A stretch of DNA of 64,000 bases from an uncultured Chloroflexia bacterium (GTDB lineage Bacteria > Chloroflexota > Anaerolineae > JAAYZQ01). The notes beneath the pieces were generated by a model. That model was not told the DNA's origin. It saw only the letters and a program-made list of their open reading frames with translations, and did no database searches. The first letter of the stretch is position 1; every line of letters begins with the position of its first letter. The translations under genes were made by a program, and so were the position numbers. The stretch spans positions 1,760,001-1,824,000 of the forward strand of contig CAVOXA010000010.1 in the NCBI GenBank assembly GCA_963700285.1. The letters run 5' to 3'. This document shows positions 30,226-38,628 of the stretch, in pieces.

Positions 30226-30505
30226 TGACTTGAGACCCAAGGCGCAGTCATTGACCAACATAGAAAATGACCTATATCAGCGGAAAACAGCTATTCTGAT
30301 CCCCAGACATTCAGCAGAATACGTTGCTGTCTTCGACTCGTCAACCTAGCCAACGGCAAGGCGGTTTGGCGACACTGTGTGCCACGAAGAAGACTCGAAT
30401 CAATCATGTCGCCATCGCAGCCGCAACCTCGAGCAGAGGCCGAATGGGCCGGTATCTTGATGGATGAGCATGTTTGGCCAGGACAGCTCTCCTTGCTGCT
30501 CCGCA

Positions 30506-30551
30506 ACCCTGCAGTGCTGGCGCCATGGCGTGCGTTCGAGATCCCTGGGCA
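30506..30551 (+). repeat. Site R5 (degenerate)
   Basis: ACCCTGCAGTGCTGGCGCCATGGCGTGCGTTCGAGATCCCTGGGCA. Confidence 0.7.
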
Positions 30552-30782
30552 CCTGGTACCTATACCAGGGTGGAGACTTGGACTTCTTACAGGGGGTAAG
30601 ACTGCGAGAACAAACAGGGCAGAGGCATGGACATTTCACAGAAGGTAGATCTGTGAGAACTGCCAGAGCATCTCGTCAATCGCCATAGATCCCCTGGCAG
30701 TTGGTACCTTGCCTTGCTGGACCTCCAGCAAGGCAAGGTCTATTCTCGCTATTGATGCCTCTGGGCCCCTCACCCAGATTGA

Positions 30783-31976
30783 CTAGCCTCCAGATACACC
30801 CAGCAGATGCCGGGCAAGGGCGTGGTACGCCGGTAACGATGTGGGATCGTTGGCCGCATTGCCGGCCACCGGATGCGACGCAAACCGCACAATGACCATT
30901 TCGGCCTTGGGGTCGATGTATAGGGCCTGGCCGTGCACACCCCGTGCGCCGAACGCGCCGTGCTCGTTGTGCGTGACCCACCACATGTTGCGGTAACTCC
31001 ATCCTTCCAGCAGGCTGTAACCGGCCTTGGCGAAGGCGTCCCGGTCACCGCCGCGCTGGATGTCGTCGACGGCGGCCGAGGGCACGATCTGCTGCCCATT
31101 GAACGTGCCACCACTGCGGATCATTTCGCCAAAACGCGCCAGGTCGCGCAGGCCCGTGTTTAGACCGCCGCCGGCAAAGGGCGTGCCGATGGAGTCGACG
31201 CTAAAGTATGCGTCCTGCTCGGCGCCGAGTCGGCGCCAGATGCGTTCGGACAGCAACTGGGCGGCCGAGCGCCCTGTAACGCGTGCGATCACCCAGCCCA
31301 GGGCGTCGGTGTTTGCCGTCTTATAGCCAAAGGCTTCGCCGTGGTTGCCCTGCTTTTTGACCGTCTGCAGAAACTCGTAGTAACTGCGTGGCCCAGTATA
31401 GTCCTTTGGCTTGGGCAGCGGGTTGCCCGCGTGCGCATGGGCCCACACTTCCGCGTTGGGGTTGGAGTAGTCCTCGCTGAACTTGATCGCCGTGGTCATA
31501 TCGAGCACCTGGCGCACGGTAGCATCACCAAAGCCAGAGCCGGCCAGTTCGGGCACGTATTCGCTGACAGGCGCCTCGGCGTCGATCTTGCCTTCAGCGA
31601 CCAACATGGCCCCCAGTGTGCCGACGAACGACTTGGTCACCGACATCGCACCGTGCTGGCCATCTTCCTTGAGCACGCCAAAGTAGCACTCATAGACGAT
31701 GCGCCCTTTGTGCAGCACCACGATCCCGTCGGTGTAGTTGGCCGTCAGCGACTGGGCCCAGGTCATTGGCTGCGTGGCGCCGAGGGGGGTGAACTGTAGG
31801 GCGTCAATGTCGGCTCGCAGTTCTCGATCGAGTGGGATGGGCGCCTCCAGCCCCCGTGAGACGTTGACCGTGGGCATCAACTGGCGAAAGTTCGAGACGC
31901 TCCAACGCATGGCGGGGAATCGGAAGTAGCTGCCATCGTCAAAACGCAGCGTGCGATCGGCAGGCGGTGGGGTGCG
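30783..31976 (-). pseudogene. N-terminally truncated class C beta-lactamase-family serine hydrolase (NylB-like)
   Basis: SVTKS (SxxK), FGYKTANT, ARGVHGQ; family-like sequence starts abruptly at PPPADRTLRF. Confidence 0.75.
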
Positions 31977-32186
31977 GTGACCCTGCTGGTCCTCGCCTGT
32001 GGCGGGATTGCGGGCTATGGCGCGAGCGCCGTCGAACACCCCCGCTACTTCTACATACTCGCCTTTGCAGCCATCACTGTGTTTACGCTGTACGTCATTC
32101 TCGACGTGGAATACCTGCGCCATGGCTTTGTCCGTCTCGATCAAGTGAATCAATCGCTGGCCAATCTGGCAGACATGATGAAATGA
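31977..32186 (+). pseudogene. C-terminal fragment of a DUF4239-like membrane protein
   Basis: LYVILDVEYLRHGFVRLD resembles the DUF4239 C-terminus; no N-terminus. Confidence 0.5.
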
Positions 32187-34745
32187 GGAACCGTCACAGG
32201 TTGGGGACATGTCCCGCCTCCTGTGTCATTGCCCTCTCAAGGCTGTGTCCTCGGCAGAGCCAGTTCATGGGCATGTTGCCGAGATCGTACCCGGCTAACT
32301 GTAGCGGGCTTTTGCCACGAACCCTGGGCTGAGCATCGTCAGAAAAGGGGGTGAAACGGTAGATCTTTTCGAACACGCCGAGGTACACCCTGGCCGTCTC
32401 GATGGACTCAAAGCCACAGAAGTTCTGGTAGTGCTGGTCAAAGCGTCGGATCACCATCTCGGTGGCATTGTTCGTCGCTGGGATCAAGTCGTTCTCGACG
32501 GAGTTCACCAGGAATGGCCAGTGTTGTTCCAAGAACTCGAACACCCACTCGAGGGCAGGCTCGGTGTGAGTCACCATTTCACGCCTAGCCAACAAGGCTT
32601 GGTAGCGAGTCTCAGCCATTCGTTTCGTCTGCACCTGGAAGACCTTCACGATGTCGGTGCGCACGTTCTCCGCTTCTGGATGCTGTTGGGCATAGTCGCG
32701 CCCCAACGTATCGCGCAGGTAGCGGCTGATCTCCTGTTCGGCGTGAAACAGGCACTCGTGGTGCTGGGCTTTGGGAAACACCTGCCCAATGACCGGGCCG
32801 TAGTCGCGGCGCAGGTCGGTCACGATCACCTTTGGGCGGTAGCCTTTGGTGCGCAAAGCCAGCAAGAAAAGGTGGGCGCTCTCGCGCGTGTTGTGCGGAT
32901 AGATGGCGATGTGCAACAAGTCGTAGGTGTGCACGTCCACGGCCAGGTAGACGTACATCCAGCGTCGCCTCTTGCCTTCCGGCTTGTCGTTTTTCGGCAC
33001 CAGAACGTACTTTTCGTCCACGCCGACGATGCCACTGGATCGGACCAGGCCGAAGATGGCGGCCATCGGCAGCAGTTCGTAGCCCCAGGCACTGACCCAA
33101 CGATAGACTGTCATCTCGCTCACTTGCAAGGCTTGACCGACACGGCGGTAGGTACTGTAGCTCCAGCTGTAGGCCTGGATGGCCATGAGATGCACATCCA
33201 ACCGGTGGCGGGAGTAGGGCACCAAGCTCGGTGGTAAGTGGGTAAAGGTCTGGTGCATGCACTCAGGATTGCGACAGTAGTAGCGGTAGACGGGCACCTC
33301 TTGTAAGTTCCCCTCGGCGTCGTGGTACTTTTTCATCCGCGGCGTGCGGCTCTTGCGCGCAATGTGGGTAGAATGGCAGGACGGACACCGGATCGTGTCA
33401 TCTTCCATCATCGCCCACTGCCTGAAGATCACCTGCTCCACTTTCAAGAGCCAGGGCAGGGGTTTCAGAGGCAGTGGGGCCTCGACCCCGAGCTCGTGAG
33501 CCAGTGCCTGCACATCGGCCAGTGCAACCTGCTCTTCGGGGGGCACAGATTGGCCTGTTTCCAGGCACATCTGTAGCTGCTGGACCAGGCGAAGCAGTTC
33601 TTGCACCACCCACTCCTCACGCAGGCGAAAGGACTCCTTGGTCCAGTGGAAATGCTTGTGCAACTCGGGGCGCAGGACGGACCAACCGTTCTGCTCGATG
33701 GCCTGACGGACTTGACGGTGACTGAGCGCCACGTGTTGGCGCTGCAAATGATCATACACTTGATCCTGGCTCCAATGTGGAAAGGTGGCACACACCGTAG
33801 CCACACGGCGGACCAACTCGGGTGTCAAAATCTCCGGAGTAAACTGGCTGAAAAGCTCAGGCCACGCGCCGCGATGCCAATAGCCCTCAATCCGGCTGAT
33901 GTTCGGATGCGGCACCCCAAACCATTCCGCAGCCTGGACCTGGCGCACGAAAGGCGTGCGCCCATCCCGTGTTCGCCGACTGCCACGTGGCTGGTCCGGC
34001 ACATCCAGCAGCCTCAAAAACAGCATCAACATCCGTGCTCGAAAAGGATGATCGCCTGATACCTGGATCGTGAAGTGGCCGCACAGGGTAGCCTGGTAGC
34101 TACCGTCGTCGTCGCGCTTCACCTCAACCCACGGTCCCTCTCGGCCATAGTACTGGCAGCCAACCCCAAACAGGATAGGTGTGCGGAGCACACAAGAGCT
34201 GTCTCCCCCTTGCCTGCCTTGTTTCAGCACCAACGCCACGGACAGCACGATCATCACCCGTTGTCCTTGCCACAATAGCCCATGCCCGGCTCGCCAGAGC
34301 GCCTGATGGTGTAGTTCCGGCCAGAACGTGGCCATGAGCTGCCACAACCACAATGCCCACGGCCAGCACATGATCCCAATCGGCCATCGCTTTCCGCCCA
34401 GGGTCCACAACGTAGCAAGCAGAAGGCTGCGCATGAAGGGCTGAGACCAGCTCTGGAGCCCATAGCGCCACACACGCCCCACGCGATCGCGGAGAGAACA
34501 ACAAGCGCGCCGCGCTCTTCGCCCCGAAGCTGCCGTGAACAGGCTCGGCATGACAGGTGGACAGGCAACCCAGCCAGCTTGGCTTTCCACAGGTCGGCCG
34601 ACCAAGGCCAGAATCAAGAAGCTGAGAAGTGCTAACGCGTGCCAGGATTGTTGCTTGAAGGGGCATTTCGTGGTATGCTGTCTGTGGGCCATTTCGCGAA
34701 CCTCGGTGCTTTGTTCTCTAGCAAGTACAGTGTACCATAGGTTCC
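32187..34745 (-). mobile_element. Insertion sequence with a large transposase; family unassigned
   Basis: 6-bp inverted ends GGAACC/GGTTCC bracket the ORF; the right end is confirmed by two remnants elsewhere. Confidence 0.65.
32194..34692 (-). CDS. Large DDE transposase with Zn ribbon and long N-terminal extension
   Basis: CPSC..CRNPEC, GVDEKY, IVTDLRRDY, ECLFH, TNNATE. Confidence 0.8.
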   Translation of the reverse strand: MAHRQHTTKCPFKQQSWHALALLSFLILALVGRPVESQAGWVACPPVMPSLFTAASGRRARRACCSLRDRVGRVWRYGLQSWSQPFMRSLLLATLWTLGGKRWPIGIMCWPWALWLWQLMATFWPELHHQALWRAGHGLLWQGQRVMIVLSVALVLKQGRQGGDSSCVLRTPILFGVGCQYYGREGPWVEVKRDDDGSYQATLCGHFTIQVSGDHPFRARMLMLFLRLLDVPDQPRGSRRTRDGRTPFVRQVQAAEWFGVPHPNISRIEGYWHRGAWPELFSQFTPEILTPELVRRVATVCATFPHWSQDQVYDHLQRQHVALSHRQVRQAIEQNGWSVLRPELHKHFHWTKESFRLREEWVVQELLRLVQQLQMCLETGQSVPPEEQVALADVQALAHELGVEAPLPLKPLPWLLKVEQVIFRQWAMMEDDTIRCPSCHSTHIARKSRTPRMKKYHDAEGNLQEVPVYRYYCRNPECMHQTFTHLPPSLVPYSRHRLDVHLMAIQAYSWSYSTYRRVGQALQVSEMTVYRWVSAWGYELLPMAAIFGLVRSSGIVGVDEKYVLVPKNDKPEGKRRRWMYVYLAVDVHTYDLLHIAIYPHNTRESAHLFLLALRTKGYRPKVIVTDLRRDYGPVIGQVFPKAQHHECLFHAEQEISRYLRDTLGRDYAQQHPEAENVRTDIVKVFQVQTKRMAETRYQALLARREMVTHTEPALEWVFEFLEQHWPFLVNSVENDLIPATNNATEMVIRRFDQHYQNFCGFESIETARVYLGVFEKIYRFTPFSDDAQPRVRGKSPLQLAGYDLGNMPMNWLCRGHSLERAMTQEAGHVPNL

Positions 34746-34865
34746 GGTTTGGCCCACGTTCATTGTGGGCAAGGACAATGCCAGTTCAGCAACCCTAGCA
34801 CTAGCTAATCAGCACGTTTCATACAGTTTATACTCGGTTTCACATCCCCAGCCTGAGACGCTCAC

Positions 34866-34948
34866 ATGGGACACCATTTTGTCCCGATGGGACACGAAAT
34901 GGGACACCAATCTGCCAAGATGGGACACAAAGGGACACCAACGGACAC
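34866..34948 (+). repeat. Cluster of six GGACAC direct repeats
   Basis: Starts at 34869, 34890, 34902, 34923, 34933, 34943. Confidence 0.75.
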
Positions 34949-35112
34949 CAAAATGATGTCCATTGGTGTTATGGTCAGAGGCCAGTAGAGGGGTCTCTAG
35001 ACGGTTTTTGGGCGCTGAGCGGCCGAAAAACCGGGTCAAGGTCGCAAAAACGGACCCGGAGCCATTTTGCGATTCTCGCTGGTTGTGGTATACTCCTTCC
35101 TACAAGTTTTCA

Positions 35113-35161
35113 GTCCTGCAAGGGTGGCGACATGGTGTGCGTTCGAGGTCCCTTGGGGGCA
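35113..35161 (+). repeat. Site R6 (intact, 49 bp)
   Basis: GTCCTGCAAGGGTGGCGACATGGTGTGCGTTCGAGGTCCCTTGGGGGCA. Confidence 0.92.
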
Positions 35162-35284
35162 TACCTGTGATAAATAACAGGGTGAGAACCTGGGAGATCT
35201 GACAGGAGACAACCCTGCAAGAGGTCCCAGATAGGCCGACCCAGTTGATCGAGGACCGGCTTGCCGTCTGAAGGGTACGGAGGC

Positions 35285-35494
35285 ATGGCAAAGGAAGTAC
35301 TATTCTTGGTCGAAGATGCGGACGAAGGCGGATATACTGCTCGTGCCTTGGGCCACTCTATCTTCACCGAAGCTGATTCATGGGACGAACTGAAGGTAGC
35401 CGTTCGAGACGCCGTGCAGTGCCACTTCGATGAGGGGGAGCAGCCGGACCTGATCCGCCTGCATGCCGTCCGCGAAGAAGTTGTGCCGGCATGA
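35285..35494 (+). CDS. HicB-like antitoxin
   Basis: VEDADEGGYTARALGHSIFTEADSWDELK; ATGA overlap with HicA. Confidence 0.78.
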   Translation: MAKEVLFLVEDADEGGYTARALGHSIFTEADSWDELKVAVRDAVQCHFDEGEQPDLIRLHAVREEVVPA

Positions 35495-35736
35495 GGCTGC
35501 CGCGAGATCTCAGCGGCGACCAACTGGCGGTCCTACTCAGGCGCTACGGCTACGAGGAAACGCGCCAGACAGGCAGTCACATGCGTCTGACCACAACGCA
35601 GGAGGGTGAGCATCACGTTACGATTCCGCGTCACAGTTCACTGCGGGTCGGCACATTGAGTGCCATCCTCAGCGATGTGGCTGAGCATCTGGGCATCCCG
35701 AAACCTACGCTGGTGGAGACGTTGTTCAGCAAGTAA
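35491..35736 (+). CDS. HicA family toxin
   Basis: RQTGSHMRL..HVTIPRH..LRVGTLSAIL. Confidence 0.9.
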   Translation: MRLPRDLSGDQLAVLLRRYGYEETRQTGSHMRLTTTQEGEHHVTIPRHSSLRVGTLSAILSDVAEHLGIPKPTLVETLFSK

Positions 35737-35760
35737 GTGCGTGCCTAGCGCCATAGTGTA

Positions 35761-35809
35761 GCCCAGCAAGGGTGGCGACATGGTGTGCGCTCGAGGTCCC
35801 TTGGGGGCA
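35761..35809 (+). repeat. Site R7 (intact, 49 bp, most distal)
   Basis: GCCCAGCAAGGGTGGCGACATGGTGTGCGCTCGAGGTCCCTTGGGGGCA. Confidence 0.92.
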
Positions 35810-35830
35810 CTAATCAAAAACCTATCGCGC

Positions 35831-35863
35831 GGGGGAACGTCCAAGTGAGCGTTCCCCCTTCTT
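35831..35863 (+). terminator. Intrinsic terminator after R7
   Basis: GGGGGAACG/CGTTCCCCC followed by TTCTT. Confidence 0.75.
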
Positions 35864-36452
35864 GTGTGCCAGGCATGTCGTGTATCTAGAAGGTGCAAGT
35901 CCTCTGCGGGCCGTGATGACCGGAACCGCTAGCCGAAGCAAGGGTGTCCGCCGCGAGGCGGAATCTGAAGGAAGCGGCCTGCCGGAAGGCAGGGAGGCAA
36001 AACTCGGACCCGACGAACAGAAACCGGATAGAAGGCCCGCACGGCGGGGTAACCCAGCAATGGATGGGGAGGCCCGATAGTCATCCGGAACGCTGCGGGG
36101 GTAAATCCGGCGGGGACCGAGGGAAAGAGACACGACTTACCCTGGGAGATCTCTGCATCTGTCTGGACGAACCAGACTACGGCGACGGCAACGGCGCAGG
36201 AGGGGTGCAGAGAAGTCAGCAGAGGCCATAGTAGTCCGCGAGAGCGGACGAAGGGCCGAATCTTCTACGGCAAGGAGCAGACGGAGAGACTCGATGGATG
36301 TGGAGCAACAGCAAGGCACGTGGAGCCAGCTAAGCCTCTTTGAGGTAGAGGAGGGCAGCGTGCGCCCCGGCGCGAGCGGCGAAGGCGGAACCGGAACTGC
36401 TGCGTTCGAGGAGTGGCAAGCATCCACGGCGTTGAACCGGGAGCGAGCCTTG
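35864..36452 (+). mobile_element. 5' part of a group IIC intron, truncated early in the IEP ORF
   Basis: 5' GTGTG; GCAAGGGTGTCCG..GGAATCTGAAGGAAGC, GGGAAAG..CTTACCCTGGGAG, AGAAGTCAGCAGAGGCCATAGTA; no RT domain or D5/D6. Confidence 0.8.
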
Positions 36453-37148
36453 AACGTAAAGAAGAAATGGTACATTCCGACCGTGGGTGCCGAGTTCGTG
36501 TGGCGAATGGAAGATGTCCTTGACGTGTACGCAGCACCCATTGATCCGAAACGGCCACGGGTTTGCTTTGACGAACATCTGGTTCAACTGATTATTGAGA
36601 AACGACAGCCGCTGCCAGCAAAGCCTGGCCGCCCAGAACGGTACGATTACGAATACCAGCGCAATGGTACGCGCAATCTCTATGATTTTCATGCCTTGGC
36701 TTGGTCAGCGTCATGTCAGAGTTACAGAACAGCGAACCAAAGTTGACTTTGCTCATTGCATGAAATACTTGGCCGATGACCTTTTGCCTGAAGCTGAAAA
36801 GATCGTGGTCGTTCAGGATAACTTGAATACCCATAGCCCTGTCTCTCTCTACGAGACTTTCGAACTGGCAGAGGCGAAACGCATTCTTGATCGATTGCAG
36901 TTTCATTTCACACCCAAGCATGGTAGCTGGCTGAACATGGCCGAGATCGAGATCGGAGTCTTGTGTGAGCAGTGTTTGGACGACCGCATTCCTGATGATG
37001 AAACGTTGGGCCGTGAGATTGCAGCCTGGGAAAAAGCTCGCAATGAACAAGGCGCGACTGTCAATTGGCAATTTACATCCATCGATGCTCGCAACAAGCT
37101 CAGACGCCTCTACCCGATTATATCAGAATCACTTTGAAAAGATACTAG
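36453..37148 (+). pseudogene. 3' part of IS630-family transposase, frameshifted
   Basis: FVWRMEDVLDVY, VCFDE, YDYEYQRNGT, VQDNLNTH, HFTPKHGSWLNMAEIE. Confidence 0.85.
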
Positions 37149-37228
37149 TGTCAGCCTGATCCCTGTCGGGGTTTGTGCATGGTGATCGCCTGAAGGTACT
37201 CGGTTCTCAAGCCAGAAGGAGACGTGTC

Positions 37229-38251
37229 ATGGTAAGCAATCCTGTCCATCCGGCAGACGAAAATGACGAGCAGGTACCTTCGGAGGACCTGGCTGCTCGC
37301 CGCCGTGGTCTGCTGGCCCGCCTGGCCATTGAGCGCGCTGGCTTGCTGGCGCAGATCCTGGGGCTGAACGACAAGGCCCTCACTGAGGCGCCAGCCCTTG
37401 GTAGCTGGACCATCAAGGACATCCTGACCCACATTGCCGCCTGGGATCGCTGGCAACACCAGGCCATGAGGGCTTTGGTGGAGGGCCAGCTCCCGGATCT
37501 GTCGGCTGCGGAAGACTATCATGCTGCCAATGATGCCTTTGTTGCTCAATGGCAGGATCAGTGCTTGGCCGATGTCCTGGCTGAACTAAAGGCCGCCCGG
37601 GAAGACTGGGTTGCCTGGCTGGCAGCTCTGCCTGAGGGCGAGTTCTTCCAGCGCCGTTCCCATGATGGCAACGACTGGTCCTTCGACGGCCCTCAGATCC
37701 AGGTGATGTGGCAGCACGACTCCGAGCACGCCGAGGAGATCTCGACCTGGAGCGTGGCCGGCGCGTGGAACGGGAGAACCGGCCCCAAAGCGGTCCTGCT
37801 GTCCGCGCTAGATGCCGCCCGCCAGGAACTATTGGCCTGTGCTGACCTGGTACCCATCGCTGAGCGGAATTCGCGTCCTGTGTGTGGTGTATGGACGCTC
37901 AAGGATGTACTTGGCCACATCGTTGACTGGGAGCAGGTCGGCGCACAGGGATTGCGCGACATGGCGGGCGGAACAGCACCTCAAGTCAAAGTGATCGACG
38001 ATATTGAAGCCTGGAATCAGATCCATGCTGGCCTACGCCGCGATCAACCGTGGGAGATGGTGTGGGCGGACCTGCATGCTGTCCGCCAGGCGCTTCTGGA
38101 GGTCCTGAGCCGCATGGATCAGGGCGCATTGGAGTGCTCATACCCTTTCCCGTGGGGACCTCGGGGTACTGCATACCAGTGGCTGACGGTCTTTGTAGGA
38201 CATGATCAAGAGCACGCGCAAGACCTGTGGCCCGGTGCGCCGGGGCAGTAG
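37229..38251 (+). CDS. Tandem DinB/DUF1706-like domain protein
   Basis: Two copies of WT(I/L)KD(I/V)L.HI..W and H..EH. Confidence 0.8.
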   Translation: MVSNPVHPADENDEQVPSEDLAARRRGLLARLAIERAGLLAQILGLNDKALTEAPALGSWTIKDILTHIAAWDRWQHQAMRALVEGQLPDLSAAEDYHAANDAFVAQWQDQCLADVLAELKAAREDWVAWLAALPEGEFFQRRSHDGNDWSFDGPQIQVMWQHDSEHAEEISTWSVAGAWNGRTGPKAVLLSALDAARQELLACADLVPIAERNSRPVCGVWTLKDVLGHIVDWEQVGAQGLRDMAGGTAPQVKVIDDIEAWNQIHAGLRRDQPWEMVWADLHAVRQALLEVLSRMDQGALECSYPFPWGPRGTAYQWLTVFVGHDQEHAQDLWPGAPGQ

Positions 38252-38283
38252 TCTGGCAACAGGGCAAGCACGAGTGATCCCAA

Positions 38284-38314
38284 AGCCCCGATCGACTGTG
38301 GCCGATCGGGGCTT
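38284..38314. terminator. Bidirectional terminator-like hairpin
   Basis: AGCCCCGATCG / CGATCGGGGCT between convergent genes. Confidence 0.65.
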
Positions 38315-38364
38315 CTGAGTGTTCTCATCAGATTGCGCCACCCAAGCAGTGGAGCAGCACGGCT

Positions 38365-38556
38365 CTATCCCCCAGATACCACAGCGATGAGCTTGATGAT
38401 ATCGCCATTTTTGGTCAAGGTGGCATCGTTGATCAGTTTCCCATCTCTGAGAGCCAAGACGGACTCGGGGTTGATCCCCGCCTTCTCGACGATGTGCCGT
38501 ATCGTGCTGCCGGCAGTGGCCTGCCAGGTTTTGTCGCGATAGATGACCGTGACCAT
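38365..38556 (-). CDS. MoaD/ThiS family sulfur carrier
   Basis: 63 aa ending in VSGG. Confidence 0.85.
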   Translation of the reverse strand: MVTVIYRDKTWQATAGSTIRHIVEKAGINPESVLALRDGKLINDATLTKNGDIIKLIAVVSGG

Positions 38557-38628
38557 GATCTGCCTACCTATTTGCCGGGACACTGGCTGGCGATGCTAGG
38601 ATCGATGCCCTTGTTGCCGTAGGCCTTG

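Larger units (their letters stand above)
15919..35809. mobile_element. tRNA-Glu-anchored array of integrase-less cassettes delimited by tRNA-3'-end sites
   Basis: Core CCCTTGGGGGCA (tRNA 15907-15918) recurs at 7 sites; accessory cargo between them. Confidence 0.75.

Noticed and set aside
30783-32210. 475-aa ORF as an intact protein
   Set aside because: Its first approx. 78 residues are read from the IS end and the antisense of another gene fragment.
16541-35809. Repeats R1-R7 as a CRISPR array
   Set aside because: Spacing is 0.35-5.5 kb with genes in between, and no cas genes are present.
16541-35809. Repeats as canonical integron attC sites or extra tRNA genes
   Set aside because: No RYYYAAC/GTTRRRY boxes and no intI. 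No D arm, and the T stem cannot form.
36294-36746. 150-aa ORF as a novel gene
   Set aside because: Chimera of the intron IEP N-terminus and an IS630 fragment.
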